Origin: Dicyema japonicum
Taxonomy: Eukaryota > Animalia > Dicyemida
DNA length: 64,000 bases
Assembly (NCBI GenBank): GCA_011109175.1
Contig: RDEW01000027.1
Location: 472,811 to 536,810, forward strand
Direction: 5' to 3'
Under the pieces are notes generated by a model, which was given only the letters and a program-made list of their open reading frames with translations, searched no databases and had not been told where the DNA came from. Position 1 is the stretch's first letter. Each line of letters opens with the position of its first letter. A program made the translations under genes and the position numbers. Shown piece by piece: positions 1 through 13,337 of the stretch.

Positions 1-400
1 TTTTTGACGATCTCTGAGTTAAGCGGAATAGGCAGTCTCCACAGGGCAGAATCAACATGTCATATTTCGGCACTTTGTTCTTGCATCTCCTTACGGCCAT
101 CCTCAACTCCTGGAGTGTGATATCTTCGTGTACTCCATGTGTACTTCTTAATTACTGGATTTAGTCTCGAGTATCTACTTTAGTTGTTATCCAAAACGAA
201 TAAAACTTACTCTTCCGTTGAAATTGTATCATCAGTCCTCGCTCTAAACATCAAAAATAGACAGACACTCCAAACTTGTCTCCAACCACCGATGACATAC
301 GATCGACTACTTCATCCTTCTCAGAGAAGCTGGCATTTTACGCCCAATCTATATAAAAATCTTACTTTTGTTATCCTTCCGATGCGGATAACATTTCAAC
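1..400 (-). mobile_element. Degenerate non-LTR retrotransposon fragment (region upstream of RT)
   Basis: Minus strand reads ITLQELRMAVRRCKNK, resembling the pre-RT motif of LINEs; frame otherwise decayed. Confidence 0.35.
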
Positions 401-419
401 TAACTCTAAAGTTTTCATA

Positions 420-1010
420 GATCACATTAGTCGGACTGAAATTTTCAACTACGCCACCAAAATATTCTTTGCATCAAAATTGCTTTGATGCAGAATGACA
501 CGTGGTGGAATCCAATAGATTACTATTGGAATCCAGTCGCCTATTGTTTAAAATCGCTACAAATCAATCTGCGATCTCCAAAGCTCCGAGCTGAGCCCAA
601 CTCAGCTAGGATTGAGATTACGTGCATTCATTCAAACTGAATTTTCATAATAGCCAGCTCATACGCGAAGGACGCCATCGTCAGGACTTTTAATAAGATC
701 CAGAAAATCAACAGAATTATTAACCTGACAACCGTGCATACGTATTTGAGGAGAACACTCTCATGTCCAGAACTGACGTGCAACAAGGAGAACCACTAGG
801 ACCTCTACTATTTGCCTTGGAAATCAACTCCTCCGGTTCCGCTATCAAAACACCGCTTACATCTGGTATCTAGATGATGACACTATTGGAGGATATTAGA
901 AAACTATGAAGAAGAGGTCAAGACTCTCTACCCTCCCGGTATTCGACTAGAGCCAAATCCCTCCAAATCCGAAATCATAAACGTAATATGCTTGAAAGAC
1001 AACAATTAAT
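420..1010 (+). mobile_element. CRE-like retrotransposon RT fragment
   Basis: VQQGEPLGPLLFAL and LHIWYLDDDTIGG motifs, paralleling the element at 22960-26010. Confidence 0.65.
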
Positions 1011-1339
1011 GCATTTCTCCTGGGATGACCATAAGTCATTTCATAGTTGTGATAACTTTTAGACATAACCAACAAGATAATAAATGTCGTATAGTATGAG
1101 AATTAGGGGCCATCTTCGTGTCCGGGCTGATAAGTCAAACTTATCAGTCCAAAACAAGTGGTTACAGGAGTCTTAATAAACAAAAAAATCACAACATATC
1201 CATGATAACCACAAATATTGAACAACTGCACATCATCAAAAGGATTGAAAACGTAACAAAGGCAAAAGTTCAAAATATTTATTGCAACAACAACGATTTA
1301 TTGACAAAAGAGTTAAGGAGATTTCTGGAAGGTATTACA

Positions 1340-1790
1340 TCTGAGTCCTACCATAAGGCTTGGACTCCACACCTGGACCCTTCCTTTTTTTCATGCCTGT
1401 CGTTAGAAAAGCCGTCTCTTCTCTTTTTACGGTCCATCCTGATAGCCTCGTATCCAGAGAATGAAGGAGTGGGATCATTCATGCGGAGTTTAGTTTCTTG
1501 GATTATAGTCGAGTCAATCTTCTGATTTGCCAGGATTGAACGGAGTTCCCTGATCTTGTTTGTAATTATGTTGATGTTCAATTAGAGAGCATTAAATTTC
1601 CTTTCTCAACAGTGGGCTGAGGGTTTTCACATGAATGTTTGGACTTTTTTGAAGCACATCGCCGGGGGTCGATAATGACCCAGGGAGGAAAGGGTCTACT
1701 GGTCCTTTCGGGACGGCATTGGAAGCCCTCTGGGCGTTGCCAAATTTTTTTGAATTTTTTGAATTAGCGGACCACATAACGCCACGCTAA
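1340..1790 (-). mobile_element. I/Jockey-group LINE 5' part, AP-endonuclease N-terminus
   Basis: ORF 1348-1581: NINIITNKIRELRSIL..IIQETKL..SFSGYEAIRMDR with APE N and E motifs. Confidence 0.65.
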
Positions 1791-1899
1791 AATGAAAAAT
1801 TAATTGTTCAAAAATTACAATTAATTACATATAATTTAATAAAAGTTCGATAAATAATAAAGTAGTGAATAATTTTTATTTATTTAACTCCAAACCTCC

Positions 1900-3040
1900 A
1901 AGAAAGATAGGTCAAAACTAACTAATTAGGTGATCCCAGCCTCCAACAACAGCCGAACTCTCTTCGTCTGGTCTTCTGATAACCAAACCGCACTCCGGAA
2001 GCACCTTCTTTTCCTTCTGCATAGGAATTCAATCGGCGTGCACTTTTTATAATCGACCGAAATTCCTCTGCATTGGTCACCTTTTTCTTGAATTGGTTTC
2101 CCAGTTCTTTGCAAAAATGTAAAAAGCCCTGGCCATTCTTCAACGTCGCCTCATCAGAAACGAGACCGCCAATGTAGATGTCAGGTGGTGCATAATTTTC
2201 CGCCTGAGAAAGTTCAAACGATTAATTCTTCAGAGGGAATGGCAAATCTCCAGGCGGAGCAGGCATAATTCAATAGTAGGAACAATGACTTGTTGATATA
2301 GACCTTGTTGACCCAAGTAGCAGGGGGAAAGGGTCTCTTCTTTATGATCGCTTTTAAAATGTTCCATTTCCAAAGACCCTTGGAAAGAACCTCCTCCACG
2401 TGACTAAAGAACGTCATCAGAAAGTCGAAAACTACCCCAAGGATCTTCTGGGTCCGCGTAGAAGAGATATAAGTATTTCAAAAAACAGTTCGAGTTCATC
2501 CTTAAATCTTCTATCAGTAGTGAAAATTGGTGAACTGGGATTTAGATGCTGACACACATAACATATTTGCAGATTGCCAGTCACATACCCGGTTTAGGTG
2601 TGAATGAACAATTGCTACAGCCACGGAAGGAGATTTATCTTTGCAGCGATAATTAGGTCGTCCGCATAGGATAAAACATAGTGTCTGGTCATTGGTAGTA
2701 GGTAGGTCATTAGAAATAGGTTGAAAAGTAGAGGAGATAAAGAGGAGCCTTGCGAGACCTCATTGAAGAGTAGTCTTGATTTTGAAGTGGTTTTGTCAAT
2801 ACGGACCCTTCGCGTCGTCCAGTTAAGAAGTTTTCCAGCCATAGCTTGATGTTTGGGTGTAAGTTCGAGTTAAAAATCTTTTGCGTTAGGAGTTTCCTCG
2901 GAACAGAGTCAAAGGCCTTCTGTATGTCGATGGATACTGAGGCCGTCCGCAAGTGTGTTCTCATGTTGAAGCCGTCAGTAATAAACTGGGAGGTAGAACC
3001 CAAATGAGTCGTTGTAGAACGGTCTGCCCTGAAATATGGT
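1900..3040 (-). mobile_element. I/Jockey-group LINE RT with possible RNase H remnant, frameshifted
   Basis: SIDIQKAFDSV, VSQGSSLSPLLFN, SYADDL and LLNYACSAW motifs across ORFs 2710-3003, 2615-2842 and 2214-2417. Confidence 0.75.
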
Positions 3041-3599
3041 CTATCTTAATTTTTTACTCATTTTTTCAAACTTTTTAATTTGATTTTCTGAGCTTAATTA
3101 TTATCAGACAGTGATTAATTGGTCGGAAGATTGAGATATTGGCATTACATTGATAGTAAAGTTAAGGGGGAGTACTATAAAAACGGTAAGGCTCGTCAAC
3201 CGACTTCTATCCAGGTCTTACTAGAAAATCAATCAAACTAAGAGGGAATCTTAGAAAAATATCTCTGATGCATTTGTGCGGTTTTTTTTGAAACTTTGCT
3301 AAAATTTTAGATAGTTCCGCTAACACAAGGGAAATATCCATCGACAAGCTGCAAACCGCTTTTTCTAATTTCTTGAAAATTAAGTCCCTAGTTTTCGGAT
3401 GTGCCATCCCCTTAAACTGTAAAACATTCCAAAAAGTACTACGAGGCCGAAAACATGGTCTCGAACTTTCTTACGCATAAAAAAGCGCTCTATGACAATA
3501 ATATGTCAGAAGCTAAATAAAATAATAATCACTATGATTCTAATAATATTATTTTAAGGTAAAATCAACAATGTCTAGTATTTTATGATGATAAAAATG

Positions 3600-4140
3600 A
3601 GTGAATTTTAAGGAAAAGCCTTTTTCAATTTTACAGAAAGTCATATAAATATTTCTCTACTCCATAAAATAAGCTGTTTGGTTTAATACATAACTTTCCT
3701 ATTTTTCTTGAATAGCGTGTTCCAATGATGTCTTGGTCGTTGGTAACCGGTTTTCTGGATCAGAATTTTGGATGTTGAGTTGCATCAACATTGCTGGCCT
3801 ACGTCATGACAAATAAACATGATTCAGACATTTGATCCTACTGTTTACTGTTTTACAGATTGACTTGGAAGTTTTTCTGAGATAGAGAGGCATAATATTG
3901 TAGTACTTTACTAAGAACAACATCAGCTATAGCTCCGCCCAGGTTGACACACTTTATTGAAGTAAAGAATAGTTCATCACTAATCGATTATAGGGAACCA
4001 AGGAATTCTATTCACTTTTTTTTATTTTTCTGGGTATGAGATTTTTTCTAGTCGATTCGGTACCGCACTGAGATGTTCACTTAAGCGGCATCACTCGACA
4101 ATCCAAAGCATCGTAGATGTGTGGACTTTCAGCCTGAACT
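3600..4140 (-). repeat. Duplicated block copy 1: decayed LINE-like flank plus tRNA-SINE (3890-4140)
   Basis: Collinear with 6300-6810, including the same flank/SINE junction (gagatagag(ag)gcataat). Confidence 0.7.
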
Positions 4141-4540
4141 TTATTAACGGTCGAATGGGCCAAGTGGTCGCAAACAACCAAAAATCAAAACCGCGATACC
4201 TTCCAAATGGAGTTCCACAAGGATCACCGCTATTACCATTGCTCTTCAACATATTCCTCAATGACCTTCCATCCCCAACTACCAAAAACACATTATTTTA
4301 TCGTATGCGGATGATCTCGTTGTCCGTGCAAGATCTACTAAACTTGATGGGTCTTTGGTTCCGTCTGAATATATCACCGGAAAAGTCACATGTAATGACG
4401 TTTACCTCAGCACAAAAAAGAATATAGGCAAAACCACGAATAAAATTGTGATTCCCCCTCCCCATTAAGAAAACCCTTTCAATCCTTGGAGTCACCCTGG
4501 ATCCTCTCCTCACATTCACTCATCAAGTAGAACTAGTAAC
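4140..4540 (+). mobile_element. I/Jockey-group LINE RT fragment
   Basis: PNGVPQGSPLLPLLFNIFLNDLP, SYADD and ILGVTLDP motifs. Confidence 0.75.
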
Positions 4541-4544
4541 CGTG

Positions 4545-4830
4545 GAGGCTATTTGGATATGTATTACGAATGAACCCAGACTCACCCACTAACAAAGTGA
4601 TGTAAGATTACTTTAACAGTTACGACAAACCCCTTCGCAGACGACCAAGAACGACACTGCCGATTGTCTTAAACAAAGATCTAAACAAGGTGAAAAAAAG
4701 CTCAAGAAGGGGACGACCTAAAAGAATTAACATCATTCGAAAAGGGAAAATGGAAAAGATTAAAGCTAAATAGTGTTTTGAGTGTTGCTATAACATTATG
4801 GCTTTCGTGAAAGTGCCTTAATAATAATAT
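4545..4830 (+). mobile_element. RTE-like LINE 3' end (tail family B)
   Basis: RRPRTTLPIVLNKDL followed by tail acattatggctttcgtgaaagtgccttaataataat, which recurs at ~32770-32800. Confidence 0.7.
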
Positions 4831-6299
4831 GAATAATTTCTCGCCAATATCAGACAAGACTTGCTTCAAAGATTTGCGAGCTTCACGAAAGACTCTGCTT
4901 GAGGCAGAGGCTTGAACGCCTTTTCAATCCTGGCCTTTTAACTAAAAATCTACATGTTTTAATGTTTCTTTTTACAAAAATTAAAAATTTTATGTCTATA
5001 TTTTTTAAAATCCTATATTTGGTGGTTTATAAATGCTAAAATGCTATTTTAATTGCCATATTTTAAATTTAACTTCTATAAAAAATTGCCCTAGTAATAA
5101 GTTTGTTAACCGTAAGCTATGCAAGTAGTTTACGTATTAATGGGAAATTTTGAATAAGCAGTAACCATAACACGACTTTATTAATTTAAAGGGATATTCT
5201 CAATTGAAGTATATCTTCTTCTATTATGATTTTTAAAATAAATAATCAAAAAGGTAACTAGAATTCCAATAGCTACACATACGGAAATTACTATAGAATT
5301 GATAACTAAATTTAAATAATTCGATTTGCACTACCTGTTCGTGACAAATTAATTGTAATATGTTGACTTGATGATTTCATTTTATGTATTTTGTTTGAAT
5401 TTCTATCATTTTGTATAATTGGATTTTCAATTCTTGAATATTCAAAAAAATTTTTTATTCCATTCAAGTTGTAGATTGGATGGAAGATTTTTAATACTTC
5501 GGAAATTCTCTTTATGTTCATTCACAACTAAAGTTAATATTAACGATTAAACTATGCTTAGTAGATCCATCTGATGTAGACAATTGATACATTAAAAAAA
5601 TTTTTTTTAATATGACATAGATAAATAATATCAAATCACATCATTCTTATTCCATTTAAGTATAAAAAGATGTAAGCTTTTCTCATTTTTAAAACTAAAA
5701 TTAGCATTGTTTAAATTTTCATACACCTTTGATTAATTTTATGTGATTACAGTTTTATTTTTAATATTGTATCTAACATCAATTTTTCCACGGAATGATA
5801 AAGTAATCACATTGTTTTTGCGTACAATAAACGTGGGAATATTATTATTCATTACTATTGAGACATTATATTCACTCATTATTGATTTATCGACGATCAA
5901 ACTTGAAAATATCACTAATTTTATTTTATTTTTAAAACTTATTAATTGGAGCATCTCACAGTCTGAGTTCTAATTTATGATTTTAAAATTTTATTTATGT
6001 TCTAATTTATGGATTTTAAATTTTAAAAAAATAAAATAAATAAAATATTATAAAACTGGAAATAAATTATTTTAGTCAAAATTATTTTCCTTCCATCTGA
6101 TGGAGTCATTTGATCCAACTCTCTGGGTGACGCCCAATGCCTGACAAGAGGTTCCAACTATTCTTTCCCCGAGGGACAGTGTCGTTACCCAGAGACAAGT
6201 TCTGGAACTCTAGAACGAGTCAGGATAAGATTTAGATAGTTTGGTTACTCTTGGTCTTTGTACTCAACAACGTCAAGCAGTTTATTGTGATAAAAATAA

Positions 6300-6810
6300 G
6301 TGTATTTGACAGAAAAGCCTTCAAAATTTAACAGAAATTCATATAAATATTAGTACAATCCATAATCTAGGTTGTTAGGTTTAATATATAACTTTTCCTA
6401 TATTTATGGAATTGCGTTCGTGTTGATTGATAAATTGAGCTGATAGTTTTGGATCAGAAGGCCCAGAGATTCGAATAGATGTTTGTTGTTGGAAACCGGG
6501 TTTCTGCATTTGGAATTTTGACTTGGTGGTTTTGTGAGATAGAGGCATAATAATACTGTACTTTACGAAGAGCCATATTAGCTATAGCTACCTCCCGGGA
6601 GAACACACACTTTATTTAAGTAAAGAATACTTATCATAGCTAATCGATGGGAGAGAACCAAGTAATGATCTTCACTTCTATTTCTTTTTCTTTGGGTGTA
6701 GTCATTTTGTAGACGATCCGGATCCGCACTAAAATGTTAACTGATGACGGCGTCACTCGTCAAGCCAAATCATTGTTGATGTGTGGAACCATCAGTCGGA
6801 ATACAGCAGA
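6300..6810 (-). repeat. Duplicated block copy 2: flank plus tRNA-SINE (6545-6810)
   Basis: Diverged collinear match to 3600-4140; SINE body ctgatgacggcgtcactcgtcaagccaaa. Confidence 0.7.
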
Positions 6811-7399
6811 AAAAACGAATACAAATGAATAATATTTTATTAGTCACATAGATTTGACGCAGATTTCATATAAAGTCCTTCAATCACATTCCACGATTAA
6901 ATTTAATTTGTTAAAATACATTTAAAACAAATGCTCCATTATGACCAGTAGGCATTGAGCACACAGTGGGAGTTACCTCTCATGATCACGAACAAAATGT
7001 TCTGAAGAGCCATCGTGTCATTCTTAGCTTTCTCTTCCTCAGTCTTGCGACCGCCGATTATCCTGATTTATTTTTTAGTGCAAAGACCAAATCACGTTAC
7101 GCGTTTTAAAGGAGATTGGCTGGTAGGCGAACCGATAGTAGGAAACTGTATTTATGATTTTTCTTGAAATCCAATATGATTAGAATGTAGTCGATCATAG
7201 TATTACATTTAATAGACGAGTTGATAGGAGCAGCAAATGATGGAGATGCAAGTGAAAGATCGGGGGATGATTTATCAAAATATTGAGTAATGGTTTTCTC
7301 ACGTAGAGTCAGTTGTTTAGGAAACAGAGACTGTCTTTGATTAGTGCATTTCCTTACCTGACGGCTATGTAGTTATTTAATCTGTCGGTGATTTTTGGT

Positions 7400-7465
7400 T
7401 TTTAATAATTTTAAAAAGCACTCCCGAGAAAACAAAATTAGTTAAGTTTTCCTTTTGCCGTATTT
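7400..7465 (-). mobile_element. Solo RTE 3' tail (family A)
   Basis: aaaaagcactcccgagaaaacaaaattagttaagttttccttttgccgta matches 58225-58277. Confidence 0.7.
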
Positions 7466-7679
7466 GACACTTTCCTCCGTTAAGGAGGCGAATTGTATTG
7501 GACATTTTTGGTCCGTCACTATTTTTCGTTATTACGGAAATTTGATTTCCCGCTTCACTAGAATTGTTTAGGAATACTAAACTCGCTTAGTGGGTACTAT
7601 ACAACACCAGTAACATATGAGCACCAATCACGTTTTGAGAAAAAAGTAAAAATTTCATTTTTTATCTGAAAAGCAGTCT

Positions 7680-8290
7680 AGCTTGTTTGGCTTCTGCATT
7701 GACGAACGAGAGTGGAGCCTAGCTTTACCATGTACCTCACTTGGTGCACTATTGGATGACGACGCGACGAGGATTAAGATTTTCATTCGCCTCGGAATGG
7801 ACGTTGGCACGGCCCATCTGTGTAGAGGCTGCCGGATTTCCTGTCCAATCGGAGCCTCTTGGACTTGCTCAATCAACCGAAAACCAGACGGAACCACTCT
7901 TTTCTCATGGGAGAGTGGTAAAAACCTTGCCTAGGACGCCACTTGTGTCGATAGCCTCTCTTTGAACTCTCAATGACAGCAACTGATCCAGGCTCAGCTT
8001 CGGAAAAGTCTGAGACCCTAAAGACAAAAAATACGCATGTCTTGGAGGACAATTCATCTTTGAACTAGTGGCAGTCGAAACGACAGGAATAATTGGAAGC
8101 AGGTCACTGACCCTGCCAACAGGATCGGCTCGCTCATCGTGAAGAAGAAAAAGATGGAAAGAAAGGAGTTGGCTCATTGAGCGCATTTCCTTGCAAATCG
8201 TAGGAGGAAACGCGTTTTCAATTATGAGAGCAGCCAGCAGTTGCTAACTGTTAGTTTTTGCATTTTTTCCTGTTAAAAAAATAAAATTAA
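7680..8290 (+). mobile_element. 5'-truncated CRE-like element (zinc knuckle, RLE, 3' end)
   Basis: LGALLDDD, RKPDGTTLFSWESGKNLA, VAVETTG and WLIERISLQIVGGNAF motifs. Confidence 0.75.
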
Positions 8291-8479
8291 ATATCTTTTA
8301 ACACAAAAAGATCTCAAAACCAATGCTTACCGATCAATTCACTATACCTGTCTACTATTTCATGCTGTGCCATGCTAGTATAAAGATCAAAACGTTAATA
8401 ATAAAAATACCAGTTTGTGAAACCGAATTCCTTCGTTTTAGTTAAAAATGCACAAAAATCGCTAAGCCTATCTTTGTTC

Positions 8480-8950
8480 TCTTAAGTGAAATACAACAAT
8501 AGACTTAACATATTGTGTATTGAGTCTTCTACATTGACGACAATATGTATGCATTTAATCACCCAATTAAGTCTTTGCAGGTAATTGCTGTTTAATATAT
8601 GACCACACCTTAGTGAGACGTGGTCGACACTTTTCCTGGTAAAATTAAAATGGTTGCACTTTTCTCCAGCATGAGACAATTTTTAAGTTCTTGGAGAATT
8701 GTTCCCATATGATAATTACAAAAATGATTACATGAATTTGAAGATATCAAAACATTCGAAAAGAGTACCAAGCGATTGCTTCTACTGTATCTCTAAATTA
8801 AAAATTTTTCCGGAGCTCTCTTAGTAAGTCAAAAGCATAACAGTGGTCCTTTATACCTTCCATTCTACGTTTTTGCTCAAATTTGTTTTCTTTGATTTTA
8901 TGACCCGTATAAACCTGCGTTCCTCAAACAATACTTCTATTTTTTACAAT
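8480..8950 (-). mobile_element. R4/Dong-like retrotransposon fragment
   Basis: KSVDHVSLRCGHIL..YLQRLNWVIKCIH parallels VDHLATRCG..RHNEVVRSLH at 30346-30440. Confidence 0.55.
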
Positions 8951-8999
8951 CAGATTGTTTTAACAGTTCCGTTTTGTTTTTAACATGATAGAAGAAAAC

Positions 9000-9180
9000 A
9001 ACCTCATCCGTGGGGTTGATGTGGACTGGAAAAAGCTTCACCCGCTCCTGTCTACCCATCAGTGAATCCCGTCATCTCTGATGATCGAAAGGGCCTGATG
9101 GGATCACTGTTTTCCCCTTCTCTCGATGGAGATGCCAGATTTGGATCGGGAATGCACAGACACCTTTTCTAATCAGGTTT
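9000..9180 (+). mobile_element. CRE-like RLE fragment
   Basis: DRKGPDGITVFPFSR motif. Confidence 0.55.
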
Positions 9181-9214
9181 AACCCACTAAATAATCAAGT
9201 TAGTAAAAAAAACA

Positions 9215-9460
9215 TTATTTATTTATTTTATTTATTAACCCCGATACACCAAGAAAGAAGTTAAAGTAAACAACCAATTAAATGTATCCAGTTTCCACTC
9301 TACAGAAAGAGTCCATCTGGAATCAACATAAAGGTAAAAGACGTCCATAGTTTCAGTTGTGGAAACCCTCCAGTGGAGTGGGGGAGAGCAAATGATCCTT
9401 TTACGTGCCGGCCTGGCACTGGGCGCCACCTAGACAGGTGGATCACATGACGCCACTCCA
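9215..9460 (-). repeat. 3' end of I/Jockey-group LINE family; other copies near 19655-19950 -, 26130-26340 +, 26400-26700 +, 33150-33390 +, 37310-37520 -, 42470-42620 -
   Basis: Shared terminus ttctttctcggtgtatccggggttaataaataaa and core ggaaactggatacac; the 19655 copy is preceded by a LINE C-terminal zinc-finger-like segment. Confidence 0.65.
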
Positions 9461-9545
9461 ATTGATATTAAGTAAATTTAAATGTTAATATAATAAAATT
9501 AATAAAAAATAATAGAATTTATGAAATTGTTGTCTGAGTTTAGTG

Positions 9546-11823
9546 ATGGGAACTGCCAGTTCTAAAATTCCTCTTTGCAAAGTAATATCTCACCTAAACA
9601 GTGCAACTGAAGTAAATAAATTGCGATTAAATTTCAGACAGAGACCGATTTCTTGGAAAATATATCATGTCAAGGTTCTAACAGCCTTGAATCTACATCG
9701 AGTCTGTTCACGTTGGTGATATTCGGTCTCTGAGGGACACGAAGCCTGAGCTTTCATACAGTTATTTAGATTTTTTGACGGAAAAACTGATTATATGCCG
9801 GAATTCCGTTAATGTTGAAGAAAGCAAAAACACACGTTGATATTTCGCTTATTTTAAGTCATTTCCGTGATAAGACTGCTTACCAGGATAATTCCGTTTA
9901 TTCACGAGGATAGGAAGTCGCGGAAATTTATGTGGACCGAGACCGTTAAGTGCTCTCAGGTTCTCTTTTTTCAACAACCCAAGGACGAACTCCCTCTTGG
10001 TACTGCTCTACTTGAAATAATAATCGTTCGGGGTCTCTAATCTCTATAGGATCTCATGTTCCTTCCAAACTTCTGTGTTGAGGTCGAAGAGATCATCTCC
10101 AACTCTGTGGAGGACCACGTAAACTCGTTTTTCCAGGTCACCAGCCCCCAGATCACCGCAAACCAGACAACTGTCCAGATTCTGCTGCTCACAGTCATTT
10201 CTGAGTACCTTTATGAACTCGAAGACAGTATATTCAGTGTAATTTCAGTTTCCTCAGATGCCTCTATGTCCTACACGTGGCTAAGGAGATTTGAGTCGGT
10301 CTGCCAGATCGAGTTGCTCCATTTCTTAATATTTTATAGAAAACGAGGTCAGAAAATATTTTTTGCTTTTCTGTCCAAGATCTTTGATTCGGCCTCCTCT
10401 TACGGTCTGCGAGGAAATTATTTTAGAGAATGTGGTGATTTCCGCCCAGCTGGTCAGCTCACTTGTCGACGTCAGGCTATCTGCTGAGAATCAGGTTGAG
10501 CTCAATTTGTTTGCTGAGTTTCTCAGCGATATTGACATACACATGGTCTCGGTTTGTTGATTACCGCAGAATCTATCGACAGTGGTTAAGGGATTTGGCG
10601 ATATTCTTGGGAGGCCGACTTCAAAAAGCATAATTCCGTGGATGTATTCAAAGGATAGGAGGGATCCCACAGCTACGAGCTTCTCTACCTTTTTTGGGCC
10701 ACGTCCTATCTTAACAAAGTCTCCCTTATTTTAATTCTAGAACTTCCTTCACGCCTTTTTGAGTTCTGAGTATTTACTGACGATCACGGGACTATTATTG
10801 GAGATTGTCGAGCAAGGAAACAACCGGAACTTGGACAGAAGTTCATCTGTAAAGGGGATCAATCTCTTAGCCATTCAATTGCTGCTCATCCTTAGTGCTG
10901 AGAGGACTTTTGCTGTTTTTCTCAATAAAGAGAGGTCCCCAAGTACTACCTACATGGACTATCTGATTTCGGTTGAAACCACAGTAATTTTAGACGATTT
11001 ATTCCACCGTTTTCGTTGGTTATGTCCAGCAGTATGAGTTTATCGACTACGCTACCACAATCCTAGCTAATTGTAAGTTATAGTGACCACGTGTTAGTGT
11101 CGGCCTATATGAAGCGTATTTCCAACCATTCTGCGAATGCTTTGATACTTATTATGAAGGTTTTTATTTTTGTGATTCTAGTCTGCTTCCACTCCGTGGT
11201 TCCTTCTACATAGAAAGCATAATCACTTGTCGTTGATGAATATCGTGGAGACTATAAACAATATTGTTGCTTTTCAGGGGGAAGGTTGGCATTTTGGCTT
11301 ATTAGTTAACTCTGTACTACTTCATAGAATAATCAAGGAGAAGGAGGCTTTCTTTGCTCTTCAGCGACTGGATATAATCCAAAAGGACGACTGTGCGGAT
11401 CTGTCGAATGGGGAGTCCTGGAAGACCGATCGAGCATGGGTTTGTTGATATATCTAGTGATAGTTTGAGTCATGGCATAGCAAATTACAGTTGAGCCACC
11501 TAATAGCGGCGATTGAGGTGCTATGTCACCCTATTGACGCTTTTTGTGCCAAAAGGTACTCCTTGGTTTAATCTGCAGACAAAGCACAGACTCCTCAGCC
11601 ATCATCTCTTTCATAGAAGCTGGGACTTTGGTAGGACTACTACCTGTCAACAAATCTTTCTGTGTGAGAAAGTTCGTAATGAGTGAGTTTGACATATCTT
11701 TCCTCAAAACAGAGCTTTGGATATCAATATATACGAGGTATCCACTAATTAATATCAAGCTATAACCGACTACCAATATGGTTTGACACAAAACTATTAC
11801 TATTTTACGTGGAAAAAGTATAG
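9546..11823 (+). CDS. HID1: HID1 domain protein (Golgi / dense-core vesicle), many 22-27 nt introns, one apparent frameshift near 9693
   Basis: Spliced reading gives MGTASSKIPL (myristoylation motif), IRLLTRIIPFIHED, DLMFLPNFCV, LLILSAERTFAVFLNK, WHSKLQL, AGTLVGLLPV and PIWFDTKLLLF, collinear with HID1. Example introns 9612-9637 and 10405-10426. Confidence 0.9.
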
Positions 11824-12006
11824 TAATATTGTCACAAATTTAATTACTCCATCGAGTTTTCTTTACTTTCTTACTATCCATGGCACTCCTGGTCTTCTCC
11901 TCAGTAGGCTGACTAGTTGCCCAGACGAATCGAGATTTATATTTAGCCTGATATAAGTAAATACGGGCACCTCTATTTTCAACCTGAAGGAATGACAAGA
12001 ATTATT

Positions 12007-12646
12007 ATTATCAGCACTGCCGAGAACACATAAAAAAACAAAAGTCAATTAAGGTTCCCTTGTGCCGCGCCGGCCACCCTTTGCACCAATCGCATCCAAA
12101 GGCCTCTCCGTTTCGCAAGATCTCTTAGTTCATCGAGGTCATCTATTGTTTTCAACTCCCTGCCTATGGCTTTTAGGTCCTCATTTAGCGTGATAGGTAA
12201 GGTTGTTCTAGGCCTTCCTCGGAATGATTTTGTTTTTTCCATGAAATATTCATCTATTACGTGATTTGCCGGGACATCCAGGTCCATCCTCAGAATGTGA
12301 CCGAACAGTCTCCATCTCGATCTTCTGATTTCCATGGATAATGGTTCTGTTCAACTTATATAATTGTTCGTTTTGATCTTCATTTTGTAGTGAATATTAA
12401 GTGCCTTCCGAAGCATACTGCGGTCGAAACTGTCAATAGACTCCATTCCCCGTTTAGACAAACCCCATGTCCCACAGTATATATTAGGATGGGCACAACA
12501 AAGTATTTGTATATCATAAGCTTTATTTTTCCACAAAGTCTTCTTCCCGAACTCCATATTTTAGATAGGCTTCTGAAAGCACCAGATGCAAGGATTTTCC
12601 GTCGAGCTACATCTTCCTCGTCCCCCAAGAGCGATCCGACCTTCTT
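12007..12646 (-). mobile_element. 5'-truncated RTE-like LINE with 16-bp TSD
   Basis: RWRLFGHILRMD and RGRPRTTLP motifs, (AAT)n tail; TSD aatgacaagaattatt at 11991-12006 and 12647-12662. Confidence 0.9.
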
Positions 12647-13337
12647 AATGACAAGAATTATTGAAGAAAATGTAAATTATCGTTGATTGATTCGAATAAG
12701 TCTATTGGAGGATAACAATTAGTGGTATTTACTCTAATAGATTGAAGAACTAGTCATGAATTATTACAGATTTTATGGTTAATAATGAAAACCCAATCTT
12801 TGTGGGAGAGTGTAATCCCACATGGATGTGTGAAAAATAATTAGGACAAATGTATGCTTATTGGAAATTATAGAATCCGAAAAATTAGAAGTTTTTAAAT
12901 CTAAAAAACTTACTCTTTTTCAACAACAAAGTGCTGATAGATTTGGTGTTTTCGTTATGCAAGAAAACCCTAGTTGTTTTGTTAGGAATCAATTATCGAA
13001 GAAAAATGGGGGTTCCGCAATGGTCTACTTTTATTTAATTGTGATGTGTGAAATTCCAAGATCTAGGGGATGTGCTATTAAATTGGCAAATACCATCCAA
13101 TTATGAGGCGTGCACAAGATCCATTGGAAGTTATATTTATTATTTATAGATTAAACTTAGACTTAGCAAATTCCCATAGAGAAAGTGTCCATGCACGTTG
13201 ATTCCAAAGCGAGACACCTCTTAATTATCTCACTTGGATAACGATCACTAAATTCACTGAAAATAGTTTTATTCCTGAAAAAAATCCAAAAAAATTTCAT
13301 AATTTTAATTTCACGATAAATTACAAATTTATTAAAA

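Noticed and set aside
5300-5980. Short ORFs in AT-rich DNA, and the many antisense ORFs over genes and TEs in the track
   Set aside because: No motifs; expected by chance or as shadows of real frames on the other strand.
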